Shown here piece after piece: positions 20,107 to 29,771 of a stretch of DNA of 59,504 nt. The notes below the pieces were generated by a model. The model searched no databases and was not told the origin of the DNA. It saw only the letters and a program-made list of their open reading frames with translations. Source of the DNA: Acidocella sp. (GTDB lineage Bacteria; Pseudomonadota; Alphaproteobacteria; Acetobacterales; Acetobacteraceae); assembly GCA_052326845.1 (NCBI GenBank), contig JBKQJR010000005.1; one strand, 5' to 3'. Both the position numbers and the translations under genes were made by a program. Positions within the stretch are counted from its first letter, which is position 1. The number at the start of each line of letters is the position of its first letter.

Positions 20107-21678
20107 ATGAGCGAAAACACACTTACCTCTCTGTCCTGGCCCTTCCGTGAAGCTGAACGTATCGCCGAGCGCCTGAAACAGAAAGGCAAAGACCACGCGT
20201 TGTTCGAGACCGGCTACGGCCCCTCCGGCCTGCCGCATATCGGCACGTTCGGCGAGGTGGCGCGCACCACCTGGGTGCGGAAAGCCTTTACCGACCTCAC
20301 CGGCATGCCCTCGCGCCTGCTGGCCTTCTCCGACGACATGGACGGCCTGCGCAAGGTGCCGGACAACGTGCCGAACAAGGACATGCTGCGCCAGCATCTC
20401 GGCAAGCCGCTGACCAAAATCCCCGACCCGTTCGGCAAGTTCGAGAGCTTCGGCGAGCACAACAACAACATGCTGCAGGACTTCCTGCGCGCCTTCGACT
20501 TTGAGTTCGAGTTCGCCTCGGCCTCCGACTATTACGCCTCCGGCCGTTTCGATAACGCGCTGCTGCACGCGCTCGCGCATCACGACGAGATCGTGAACAT
20601 CATCCTGCCCACGCTGGGCGCGGAGCGTAAGGCCACGTACTCGCCCATCCTGCCCATCCACCCGCGCACCGGCGTGGTGATGCAGGTGCCTATCGAGCAG
20701 GTGGATGTGGATAACGGCACGGTGGTGTGGACCGACCCCGAGACCGGCACCCGGTTCGAGACCTCGGTGCTCGGCGGCAATGCAAAGCTGCAGTGGAAGG
20801 CCGATTGGGCCATGCGCTGGTACGCGCTGGACGTCGACTACGAGATGTCCGGCAAGGACCTCATCCCCAGCGTGAAGCTCTCCTCGGATATCGTGCGCGC
20901 GCTGGGCAAGGAGCCGCCGGTGACGCTCACCTACGAGCTGTTCCTGGACGAGAAGGGGCAGAAGATCTCGAAGTCCAAGGGCAATGGCCTGTCCATCGAC
21001 GAATGGCTGACCTATGCGCCCAAGGAGAGCCTGGCGCAGTTCATGTATCATGCGCCGCAGCGGGCCAAGCGCCTGTTCTTCGATGTCATCCCCCGCGCCA
21101 CGGACGACTACATCAACAGCGTCGCCGCCCTGCCTACGGCCGAGAAGCCGCATGACAACCCGGCCTGGCACATTCATGCCGGCAAGCTGCCCGAGCATGC
21201 CGGGTCGCCGATCGGCTTCACCATGCTGCTCAACCTGGCCTCGGTCATCAATGCCGACAGCCCGGAGATGCTGTGGGGCTTCATCCGCGCCTATATCCCA
21301 GGCGCGAATGCCGAGACCTACCCGTTCCTGGCCAAGCTGGTGCATCACGCCATCGCCTATAACCGCGACTTCGTGCAGCCCACCAAGCAATACCGCGCGC
21401 CAACCGATGTCGAGCGCGGCGCGCTGGTGGACTTGGCCGAGAGCCTGAAGGCGGGCGAGCAGACCACGCATAAGGGCGATAACGAGGCGGAGAAGCTGCA
21501 GAACCTCGTCTATGAAGTCGGCAAGCGCCACCCGTTCGCGCCGCTGAAGGCGTGGTTCGACTGCCTGTACCAGGTGCTGCTCGGCACCACGGAAGGCCCG
21601 CGCTTCGGCGGCTTCATCGCCCTCTACGGCGTGGAGCGGACCGTGGCGCTGATCGAAACCTCCCTGGCGCGCGACTAA
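20107..21678 (+). CDS. lysS: Lysine--tRNA ligase, class I
   Basis: ETGYGPSGLPHIGT, KISKSKGN and GPRFGGF motifs. Confidence 0.96.
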   Translation: MSENTLTSLSWPFREAERIAERLKQKGKDHALFETGYGPSGLPHIGTFGEVARTTWVRKAFTDLTGMPSRLLAFSDDMDGLRKVPDNVPNKDMLRQHLGKPLTKIPDPFGKFESFGEHNNNMLQDFLRAFDFEFEFASASDYYASGRFDNALLHALAHHDEIVNIILPTLGAERKATYSPILPIHPRTGVVMQVPIEQVDVDNGTVVWTDPETGTRFETSVLGGNAKLQWKADWAMRWYALDVDYEMSGKDLIPSVKLSSDIVRALGKEPPVTLTYELFLDEKGQKISKSKGNGLSIDEWLTYAPKESLAQFMYHAPQRAKRLFFDVIPRATDDYINSVAALPTAEKPHDNPAWHIHAGKLPEHAGSPIGFTMLLNLASVINADSPEMLWGFIRAYIPGANAETYPFLAKLVHHAIAYNRDFVQPTKQYRAPTDVERGALVDLAESLKAGEQTTHKGDNEAEKLQNLVYEVGKRHPFAPLKAWFDCLYQVLLGTTEGPRFGGFIALYGVERTVALIETSLARD

Positions 21679-21699
21679 ACCAGCCTTAAGGCGCGGGGC

Positions 21700-22659
21700 A
21701 TGAGGCGCAAGGCGCTGAAATACCTGCCGCCGGCGCTCGGCGTGCTGGTGCTGGCTGGCGCCGCGTTGGGCCTGCGTGGCGCGCTGAAGAAGCTCAGCCT
21801 GGGCGATATTCTCGCGGCACTTGAGGCTACGCCGCGCGAGCATGTCTTTCATGCCGTGGTGATGCTGGGGTTCAGCTGCTGCATCATGTGCGCCTATGAC
21901 CTGCCGGGCGTGATGTTCGCGCGGCGGGTGGCGAAATTCCCCCGGCTCGGGCTGCGCCGGGTGGGGCTCGCCTCGTTCTGCGCCTATACGCTGAGCCATG
22001 TGCTCGGCGCGCCGGCCTTGTCCGCCGCCGCTATCCGCGTGCGGCTCTACGCGCAATGGGGCGTGCCAACGGCGGGCATCACGCGCATCGTCGCGCTCTC
22101 GGGCAGCAATTTCACCCTTGGGTTTGCCGCCATGCTGGGGGTGTTTCTGCTGCTGCAGCCCGGCGTGTTGCCGGTGTTCGGCAATATCGCGCCGGATCTG
22201 CTGCGTTTGGCAGGGCTGGCCCTGATCGGCATTCCCGCCGCCTATATCGCGGCGGCGCGGGCGCGGGAGTCCGTGCGGCTGCTCGGGCGCGAGATCGCGC
22301 TGCCCGGCGCGCGCCTCGCCATGGCGCAGATCCTTCTCTCCTGTGCGGACATCGCGACGGCGAGTACCATACTCTACGCCGTGCTGCCCGCCACACCAGG
22401 GTTGAGCTTCCCGCTGCTGCTCAGCCTCTACCTCGCCGCCTACGCCTCCGGCGCCTATTCCGGGCTGCCGGGCGGGGTGGGGGTGTTCGACTCGCTGCTT
22501 CTGCTCGGCCTCTCCGCATATCTATCCACCGCCGAGGCGCTGGGGGCTATTCTATTGTTCAGGGTCATGTATTTTTTGGCGCCGGCGTGCTTAGGCGGAC
22601 TCTGCTACGCCGCACACGAATTGTGGGCGCAGACGCAAGCGCCGGGAGAAACAAAATGA
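21700..22659 (+). CDS. MprF flippase-like membrane protein (LPG synthase TM/YbhN-like) lacking the aminoacyl-transferase domain
   Basis: Highly hydrophobic. YD, R.RLY..WG, SGLPGGVGVFD and LLFRVMYF motifs match the MprF/YbhN N-terminal domain. Only 319 aa. Confidence 0.8.
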   Translation: MRRKALKYLPPALGVLVLAGAALGLRGALKKLSLGDILAALEATPREHVFHAVVMLGFSCCIMCAYDLPGVMFARRVAKFPRLGLRRVGLASFCAYTLSHVLGAPALSAAAIRVRLYAQWGVPTAGITRIVALSGSNFTLGFAAMLGVFLLLQPGVLPVFGNIAPDLLRLAGLALIGIPAAYIAAARARESVRLLGREIALPGARLAMAQILLSCADIATASTILYAVLPATPGLSFPLLLSLYLAAYASGAYSGLPGGVGVFDSLLLLGLSAYLSTAEALGAILLFRVMYFLAPACLGGLCYAAHELWAQTQAPGETK

Positions 22660-24047
22660 GCATGCAACAGACAATCACGCCGGTGAATGGCAACGTCTAT
22701 GCCGAGCGCCCCTTCGCCGGGGAGAACCATATCAACGCGGTGCTGGACAACGCGGTGAAGGCCCAGCGCGCCTGGGCGTTGACGCCCCTGGAGCAGCGCG
22801 CCGCGTATTGCTCCAGCTTCTGCGACGCGCTGCTGACGCATATCGACGAGATCGCGCTGGAACTGGCCTGGCAGATGGGCCGCCCGGTCTCCCAGGCGCC
22901 GAACGAGGTGCGCACCTGCATCGACCGCGCCCGCTACATGATCGCCGAAGCCCCGGCGGGTCTGGCGCCGCTCGACCCCGGCCCGAAGGAAGGCTTCAAG
23001 CGCTACGTGAAGCGCACGCCGCTCGGCGTGGTGTTCGTCATCGCGCCGTGGAACTACCCGCTGCTCACCGCCGTGAACTCCATCATTCCCGCGATCATGG
23101 CCGGCAATGTGGTGGTGCTGAAGCACGCGGCGCAGACGCAGCTGGTGGCCGAGCGCTTCCAGCAGGCCTTCGACGAGGCCGGGCTGCCGGACGGCGTTTT
23201 CCAGCACATCCATGTGGCCGGTTCCACCGCCGAGCAGTTGGTGAGGGACACCCGCATCGCACATGTGAACTTCACCGGCTCGGTGCCGGTGGGCCATGCC
23301 GTTTCCCGCGCCGCGTCGGAGCGGTTCATCTCCGTCGGGCTGGAGCTGGGCGGCAAGGACCCCGCCTATGTCCGCGCCGATGCCGATGTCGGCTTTGCGG
23401 TCGATAACCTCATCGACGGCGCCTTCTTCAACTCCGGCCAGTCCTGCTGCGGCATCGAGCGCATCTACGCGCATGAGAGCGTGTTCGAAGAGTTCGTGGA
23501 GCGCGCTGTGGCGTTCACCAACACCTATCGCCTTGGCGACCCGACCAACCCCGAGACCAATATCGGCCCGGTGGTGTCCGCCAAGGCGGCGGCCTTCATC
23601 CGCAGCCAGGTGGACGAGGCTGTGGGCCAAGGCGCGCGCGCCCTCATCAACCCGGCTGCCTTCGCGGCGGACAAGGCGGGCACGCCGTACATGGCGCCGC
23701 AGATCCTCATCAACGTGGACCACTCGATGCGCGTGATGACCGAGGAAACCTTCGGTCCCGTGGTCGGCATCATGAAGGTGAAGGATGACGAAGAGGCCAT
23801 CCGCCTGATGAACGACAGCGAATACGGTCTCACCGCCGCGATCTTCACCCGGGACGTGGAGGCGGCGGAGCGCATTGGCGACCGCGTGGAGACGGGCACC
23901 GTGTTCCTCAACCGCTGCGACGCGCTGGACCCGGCGCTGCCGTGGGTTGGCGTGAAGGATACCGGCCGCGGCTACACCCTCTCGCGCTGGGGCTACGAAA
24001 CCCTGACCCGTCCGAAGAGCTACCATCTCCGCCTGCCGGCGGGCTGA
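22656..24047 (+). CDS. NAD(P)-dependent aldehyde dehydrogenase
   Basis: PWNYP, FTGS, LELGGKDP, FNSGQSC and EETFGP motifs. ATG at 22656 overlaps the upstream stop. Confidence 0.93.
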   Translation: MSMQQTITPVNGNVYAERPFAGENHINAVLDNAVKAQRAWALTPLEQRAAYCSSFCDALLTHIDEIALELAWQMGRPVSQAPNEVRTCIDRARYMIAEAPAGLAPLDPGPKEGFKRYVKRTPLGVVFVIAPWNYPLLTAVNSIIPAIMAGNVVVLKHAAQTQLVAERFQQAFDEAGLPDGVFQHIHVAGSTAEQLVRDTRIAHVNFTGSVPVGHAVSRAASERFISVGLELGGKDPAYVRADADVGFAVDNLIDGAFFNSGQSCCGIERIYAHESVFEEFVERAVAFTNTYRLGDPTNPETNIGPVVSAKAAAFIRSQVDEAVGQGARALINPAAFAADKAGTPYMAPQILINVDHSMRVMTEETFGPVVGIMKVKDDEEAIRLMNDSEYGLTAAIFTRDVEAAERIGDRVETGTVFLNRCDALDPALPWVGVKDTGRGYTLSRWGYETLTRPKSYHLRLPAG

Positions 24048-24050
24048 AAC

Positions 24051-24084
24051 AAAAAGGCCAGGGGAAATGCCCCTGGCCTTTTTT
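24051..24084. terminator. Bidirectional intrinsic terminator
   Basis: AAAAAGGCCAGGGG-AAATG-CCCCTGGCCTTTTTT between convergent genes. Confidence 0.85.
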
Positions 24085-24106
24085 AATGGCGCCGATCCGG
24101 CCCGGC

Positions 24107-25687
24107 TTACTGGCCGCTGGAATCGCCGGAGCTGTCACCCTGTCCGCTCACCGCGATGCCCACGAACAGCGCCTGCCCCTGGCGGATGATACGCAGCGCC
24201 AAGGCGCCGTTGCCGCTCTTGCGCGCAGCCGAGATGGCGGCCACCGCGTCGTCCGGGCTGTTCACGTTGGTGGCCCCGACGCCGACCAGCAGGTCGCCCG
24301 GCTCCAGCCCGGCCTGGTCCGCCAGTGAGTTCGGCTTCACCGCTGTGATCACCGCGCCGGTGGCGCTGTCGGGCAGGTTGAGCTGGTCGCGCGCATCCGG
24401 GGTGAGTGGCGCCAGGGTGAGGCCCAGCGCGCCCTGCTGCGGCGCGGTGCTGGAGCTGCTGTTGCCGCCCTGCTGGAATGCCGCATCCGGGTTCGCCGGC
24501 ATGGTCGCCACGGCGACGGAAACCGTGTTCTGCTTGCCGTTGCGCAGATACACGATGTCCGCCTTGTGGTTGGGGTCCACATTGGCGACGTCGCTGGCGA
24601 GATCGCCAGGGTTGGTCACGGACTGGCCGTTGACGCTGATGATCACGTCGCCTGCCTTCAGCCCGGCCTTCTCGGCGGGGCTGCCCGGCGAGATGGCGGC
24701 GACGAGCGCGCCATCCTTGGCCGGATCATCCGTCGGCAGGCCCAGCGCCTGCGCCATCTGCGGCGAGATTTCCTGCGCCGCGACGCCAAGATAGCCGCGC
24801 ACCACCTTGCCGCCGCTGATCAGTTGCGTGACCACGCGCTTGATCATGTCGGACGGGATGGCGAAGCCGATGCCGACCGAGCCGCCGGAGGGGGAGAGGA
24901 TGGCGGTGTTGACGCCGATCACCTCGCCCTTCTGGTCGAAGAGCGGGCCGCCGGAATTGCCCTCGTTGATCGGCGCGTCGATCTGGATGAACTTGTCATA
25001 CGGGCCGTCGCCGATATCGCGCCCGAGGGCGGAGACGATACCCGCCGTCACCGTGCCATCCAGCCCGAACGGGTTGCCCATGGCCACCACCCATTCGCCC
25101 GGCTCCACCGAGGATGAGGGGCCGAGATCGACATACGGGAGCGGATGCCCTGCGGAGATCTTCAACACGGCAAGGTCGGTCTTCGGGTCAGTGCCGAGGA
25201 TCTTCGCCGGATAGGTATTGCCGTCGGAGAGCGTGACGGTGACCGTGCGCGCATCCTTCACCACATGGTTGTTGGTGACGATGATACCGCTCTGGTCGAT
25301 GATGAAGCCGGAGCCCTTGGCTTCGACCGCCTGCGGCTGTTGCGGCGTGCCAAAGCCGAATGGGAAACCCGGGATCTGCGGGAAGCCCGGCGGCAGGCCG
25401 TTCTGGCCCTGGTCCTGGCCGCCATTATCGCCCTGGCCCCCATTATCGTCCTGGTCGTCGGAGGTCTGGTTAAGCTTCAGATGCACATCGACGGACACCA
25501 CCGCCGGGGCCACGTGCTTCACCAAGCCAGAGAAGTCCGGCACCGGGGCGAAGCCCTGCTGCACGGCCGCGGTTTCGTCCAGCGATGAGTCCGCTGCGCG
25601 TGCCGGGGCGGCTGGTAGGCCGGCCAGGGCGGTAGCGCCGAAAAGAGCCAGCGTGAGCGCGGTGCCACGGGTGAAGGTTTTACGCAT
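24107..25687 (-). CDS. Periplasmic serine protease, DegP/HtrA (Do) family
   Basis: Signal peptide, GSGFII, TNNHVV, TDLAV and GNSGGPL motifs, two PDZ domains. Confidence 0.94.
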   Translation of the reverse strand: MRKTFTRGTALTLALFGATALAGLPAAPARAADSSLDETAAVQQGFAPVPDFSGLVKHVAPAVVSVDVHLKLNQTSDDQDDNGGQGDNGGQDQGQNGLPPGFPQIPGFPFGFGTPQQPQAVEAKGSGFIIDQSGIIVTNNHVVKDARTVTVTLSDGNTYPAKILGTDPKTDLAVLKISAGHPLPYVDLGPSSSVEPGEWVVAMGNPFGLDGTVTAGIVSALGRDIGDGPYDKFIQIDAPINEGNSGGPLFDQKGEVIGVNTAILSPSGGSVGIGFAIPSDMIKRVVTQLISGGKVVRGYLGVAAQEISPQMAQALGLPTDDPAKDGALVAAISPGSPAEKAGLKAGDVIISVNGQSVTNPGDLASDVANVDPNHKADIVYLRNGKQNTVSVAVATMPANPDAAFQQGGNSSSSTAPQQGALGLTLAPLTPDARDQLNLPDSATGAVITAVKPNSLADQAGLEPGDLLVGVGATNVNSPDDAVAAISAARKSGNGALALRIIRQGQALFVGIAVSGQGDSSGDSSGQ

Positions 25688-25919
25688 GTCTTGTGTGGTC
25701 TCCTGCGGAAAAATCTTTGACTTATCGCGGTAGAAAATCTGTACTGTGGCATAAATGCCACAATAATCTCTCGCTCTCAATGTCCGGCGTTTGGAGGTTA
25801 CATTTTTTCACCGGTTGCAAAACTATGCCGCGCCATGGGCGAGGCGAAGAGACGGATATCAATCATCATGTACCGGAGATAGGCGTGGCTCGCGGCGAAA
25901 GTAAGGCCGGGGCTCTTAA

Positions 25920-26789
25920 TCATCGGTTCATCAGCACCGGCAGCTGCGCATTTTCCAACACGTGGCGCGTGGTGCCACCCAGGATGAGCTGGCGCAGGCG
26001 CGAGGCGGTGGAATACGCGCCCATGGACATCAGGTCCGCACCGAACTCCGCCGCTGCCGCCAACAGCCCGGCGCCGGCGACGCGGTTGATGGCATGGAAC
26101 CGCACGACATCGGCGGTCACGCCATGATGTGAGATGTATTCCGCCACCTCCGCCCCGGTGGGGCCGGGCTTGGCGTAATCTTCGGAGACCAGGATGCGCA
26201 CCGCCTCCGCCTGGCGCACGAAGGGCATAACCGAGCCCAGCGCCGAGGCCGCGTTGGCCGTGCCGTTCCAGGCAATGGCGATGCGCTTGCCGATGCTCTT
26301 GGGCGGTTCAAGCGGGGCCAGCAGCACCGGCCGCCCGGAATCGAACAACACGGCATGCAGCGCATCCGCCGTGGCCACATCCTCGCCCGCCTGCGGATGG
26401 GGCACGATGGTGAGGTCGGCGAGCCGCGCCTGAAACGCGATCAGCTGCTCCTCCCGCCCGGTGAGCGTGGTGAAGCTGGCGCTGGGCTCGTTTCGACCTC
26501 GCATCGCATTGCCCGCCGGGACCTCCGCCGCTTCAGTCGCTGCCTCGAACAGTTCGCGCAGATGCCGCGCCCGCGTGCCGCCTTCGCGTTCGGTGGCGTT
26601 GAGCATGTCCTCGATCAGCGCGCCGGAAAGCCCTTCGCCGGCAAACGGGGCGATGTCATGCGCATCGGAGCGGATGTGCAGCACCTGCAGATGCGCATTC
26701 CACATCTTGGTCAGCATCAGCCCGGTTTGCAGGGCGGTGCCGGCCGAGGCTGAACTGCTGACCGGCAGCAGGAATTTGCGCACCGACAT
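25920..26789 (-). CDS. Universal stress protein (tandem Usp domains)
   Basis: SGRPVLL, IAIAWNG and MGAY...LILGGTTRHVL...PVLM motifs. Confidence 0.88.
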   Translation of the reverse strand: MSVRKFLLPVSSSASAGTALQTGLMLTKMWNAHLQVLHIRSDAHDIAPFAGEGLSGALIEDMLNATEREGGTRARHLRELFEAATEAAEVPAGNAMRGRNEPSASFTTLTGREEQLIAFQARLADLTIVPHPQAGEDVATADALHAVLFDSGRPVLLAPLEPPKSIGKRIAIAWNGTANAASALGSVMPFVRQAEAVRILVSEDYAKPGPTGAEVAEYISHHGVTADVVRFHAINRVAGAGLLAAAAEFGADLMSMGAYSTASRLRQLILGGTTRHVLENAQLPVLMNR

Positions 26790-26864
26790 TGTGTTCCCCC
26801 TCCTGGGCTCAGTTACCGATATTGGCCCCGCCGCGGGGAAGAATGCAACGGTTTCCTGGAGTTA

Positions 26865-27007
26865 GAGTTCCGTTCAAAACCCGCTAGGCCGAGCCGAATG
26901 GCGGCGTATTGCGAGCACCGGAGCGGAGCGTACATGAAGTACGTGAGCACCGGAGCGCAGAAATGCGGTGCCAGGCGGCCGGCATAGTAGGGTTTTGAAC
27001 GGGACTC
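26865..27007. repeat. 143-bp palindromic (MITE/RPE-like) element, copy 2, flanked by TTA...TTA
   Basis: 18-bp terminal IR GAGTTCCGTTCAAAACCC / GGGTTTTGAACGGGACTC with one G-T wobble. TTA at 26862..26864 and at 27008..27010. Confidence 0.9.
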
Positions 27008-28264
27008 TTAGAGCATGTCGCGCAGGCGGAACCAGGTGGTGGCGGCCAGCAGGGCAGGGGTGCGCAAGGCCCGCCCGCCGGGGAAGCGGGCATGTGGGAT
27101 ACGGGCGAACACGTCGAACCGCTCGGCCTGCCCGGCAATGGCCTCCGCCGCCAGCTTGCCGGCCAAGCCCGTGAGCGCCACGCCATGGCCGGAGAAGCCC
27201 TGCGCGAACAATATGTTAGGCGTTAGATGCCCGAAATGCGGGGCGCGGTTCACGGTGATGTCCACATTCCCGCCCCAGAGGAATTCCACCTTCGCATCCT
27301 TCAGCTGCGGAAACACCCGGGTGGCGCGCTTGAGCATGGAGGGGCCGAGGCTCGGCGGCGGCAGGGTGGAGTAGGAGACGCGTCCGCCGAACAGCATGCG
27401 GTCATCGGGCGAGCGGCGGAAATAATCGAGAACGAAGTTCAGGTCCGCCACCGCCTCGTTGTGCGGGATCAGCGAGGGCACGTCCGCGCGCGGCTCGGTC
27501 GCCATGATGTAGGTGCCGACCGGCATGACGTAGCCGGAGAGGTCGTCCACCAGCCCGTTGAGATACGCGCCGCCCGCCACCAGCAGGAACTTGGCGCGGA
27601 CCTTGTGCGGGCCTGCATGCAGGGTGAGCGTCGTGCCTTCCTCGACGCGCGAGATCTTCGCCCCGGCATAGAGTTTCGCCCCTGCCGCCTGAGCCGCCTT
27701 GGCCAGACCCAGCGTGTAGTTGAGCGGGTGGATATGGCCGGAGATACTATCCTCAAGCGCCGCCAGATAGCGTGGGCTGTCGAGGCGCGCGCGCAACTCC
27801 GCGCCTTCCAGCAGCCGCCCGACCGGCGCGCCCAGGGCCGCCAGCTCCTCCTGCTCCATGCGCAAATCGCGCACATGGCGCGGCTTGATGGCGGCGTGCA
27901 GATAGCCGCGCACCGGGTCTGCGGGGATGGCGAAGCGGGAGATCTGCGCGTACAGCAGCTCCACGGCCTCTACCGACATGTCCCACAGCCGTTTCATCGT
28001 CTCTGCGTCGGTAAGGTTCTTGAGCTGGTGCAGCGAGCAGCCGAAACCCGGCAGCACCTGCCCGCCATTGCGCCCGGAGGCCCCCCAGCCGATGTTCTGC
28101 GCCTCCAGCAGGGCCACGGAATAGCCCCGCTCGGCCAGATGCAGCGCCGCGGAAACGCCGGTGATGCCGCCGCCGATGATGGCAACATCCACAGCTACAT
28201 CACGCGCCAGTGTGTTGGCGACGAAATTCACACGCCGTGTGGCGTGGTAGTAATTGTTCAGCAT
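27008..28264 (-). CDS. puuB: FAD-dependent oxidoreductase, gamma-glutamylputrescine oxidase-like
   Basis: GGGITG, GASGRNGG, HPLNY and QGFSGHG motifs, plus the puu/pot context. Confidence 0.82.
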   Translation of the reverse strand: MLNNYYHATRRVNFVANTLARDVAVDVAIIGGGITGVSAALHLAERGYSVALLEAQNIGWGASGRNGGQVLPGFGCSLHQLKNLTDAETMKRLWDMSVEAVELLYAQISRFAIPADPVRGYLHAAIKPRHVRDLRMEQEELAALGAPVGRLLEGAELRARLDSPRYLAALEDSISGHIHPLNYTLGLAKAAQAAGAKLYAGAKISRVEEGTTLTLHAGPHKVRAKFLLVAGGAYLNGLVDDLSGYVMPVGTYIMATEPRADVPSLIPHNEAVADLNFVLDYFRRSPDDRMLFGGRVSYSTLPPPSLGPSMLKRATRVFPQLKDAKVEFLWGGNVDITVNRAPHFGHLTPNILFAQGFSGHGVALTGLAGKLAAEAIAGQAERFDVFARIPHARFPGGRALRTPALLAATTWFRLRDML

Positions 28265-28278
28265 AATTCGCCGTCCGG

Positions 28279-29631
28279 TTAGACGTTCAGCAGCAGGTGC
28301 TCGCGCTCCCAGGAGGAGATGACGCGCAGATAGGTTTCGTATTCGATCCGCTTCACCGCTACCAGCACATCCACGAGCTTCTCGCCGAGAATCTCACGCA
28401 AGCCCTCGCTCGCATCCATCAGGTCGAGCGCGTGGGAGAGCTCGCGCGCCAGCGTGTATTCGCCGGAATAGGCGGAGCCGACCTGTTCGGGGGTCGGTGT
28501 CAGCCCTTCCACCATGCCGAGATAGCCGCAGGCGAGCGTCGCGGCGAAGGCGAGGTACGGGTTGGCATCGGCGCCGGGCACGCGGTTTTCCACGCGCATG
28601 GCGGACGGGTCGCCAAATGGTATCCGCAGCCCGCAGGTGCGGTTGTCGTAGCCCCATTGCAGGTTGATCGGGGCGTTGGAGAAGCGCGTGAGGCGGCGGT
28701 AGGAATTCACGTTCGGGGCGAAGATCGGCATCGCCGCCGGAATGTATTTCTGCAGCCCGCCGATATAGGAGCGGAACAGTTTGCTCGCCTTGCCATCCGG
28801 CCCCGCGAACAGGTTCTGCCCGGTCTTCGGGTCCACGATGCTCTGGTGCACATGCATGGCCGAGCCGGGCTCGCCGCCCATCGGCTTGGACATGAAAGTG
28901 GCGTAGATGTTGTGGCGCAGCGCCACCTCGCGCACCGTGCGCTTGAACAGGAACACCTGGTCCGCGAGATGCAGCGGGTTGCCATGCAGGAAGTTGATCT
29001 CCACCTGCGCAGCGCCTTCCTCATGGATCAGCGTGTCGAGGTCCATTTCCTGCAAATCGCAGAAATCGTACATTTCCTCGAATAGCGGGTCGAACTCGTT
29101 CACCGCATCGATGGAGTAGCTCTGCCGTCCGCTCTCCTGCCGGCCGGAGCGCCCCACGGGCGGCACCAGCGGGTAGTCGGGGTCCGTGTTGCGGGCCACG
29201 AGGTAGAATTCAAGCTCCGGCGCCAGTACCGGCTTCCAGCCCTTATCCTCGTAGAGCTTGAGCACGCGCTGCAACACTTGCCGAGGCGCCATCGGCACCG
29301 GTGTGCCGTTCGCGTATTGGCAATCATGGATGATCTGCGCGGTGGGCTCATGCGCCCAGGGCACGAGGCGGACGGTGCTTACGTCCGGGATCAGCTTGAT
29401 GTCGATAATCGCGGGGTCGGTGAGCTTGTCTTCGGGGTCTTCCGGGTACTCGCCGGTTACGGACTGGATAAAGATCGCTTCCGGCAGGCGCGGCGCGCTG
29501 CCCTGGAAGAATTTCTGCGCCGGCATGATCTTGCCGCGCGGGATGCCGGTGAGGTCCGGCACCAGGCATTCGACTTCAGTGATCCGATGTTCGTCGAACC
29601 AGTCCTTCAGGTCGATTGTTTCATTGCTCAT
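28279..29631 (-). CDS. puuA: Glutamine-synthetase-like gamma-glutamylpolyamine synthetase
   Basis: RGKIMP, PELEFYL, HEEGAAQ.EINF.HG, GSAMHVH, WGYDNRT and ENRVPGADANPY motifs. Downstream of polyamine ABC genes. Confidence 0.82.
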   Translation of the reverse strand: MSNETIDLKDWFDEHRITEVECLVPDLTGIPRGKIMPAQKFFQGSAPRLPEAIFIQSVTGEYPEDPEDKLTDPAIIDIKLIPDVSTVRLVPWAHEPTAQIIHDCQYANGTPVPMAPRQVLQRVLKLYEDKGWKPVLAPELEFYLVARNTDPDYPLVPPVGRSGRQESGRQSYSIDAVNEFDPLFEEMYDFCDLQEMDLDTLIHEEGAAQVEINFLHGNPLHLADQVFLFKRTVREVALRHNIYATFMSKPMGGEPGSAMHVHQSIVDPKTGQNLFAGPDGKASKLFRSYIGGLQKYIPAAMPIFAPNVNSYRRLTRFSNAPINLQWGYDNRTCGLRIPFGDPSAMRVENRVPGADANPYLAFAATLACGYLGMVEGLTPTPEQVGSAYSGEYTLARELSHALDLMDASEGLREILGEKLVDVLVAVKRIEYETYLRVISSWEREHLLLNV

Positions 29632-29771
29632 ATTGTCCTCGATTGGCTGGCGGCGCCCGGGATTGAGCGCCGCCGAGTGTCCCGAAGTGGACACTCGTAA
29701 AATCAACAGATTAGCGGCCCGCTTATCCCTGAAATTCACCTGCGAATTTCAGGGGCGGGACGCTAGCCGGT

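Noticed and set aside
22056-22655. 200-aa N-terminal extension of the ALDH in the ORF track
   Set aside because: It is an alternative frame of the membrane-protein gene; the real start is the ATG at 22656 after GGAG.
12424-27010. CRISPR array suggested by short direct repeats (13-bp repeats in the hairpin elements, 18-bp tandem at 16406)
   Set aside because: Only two units each, no repeat-spacer periodicity and no cas genes.
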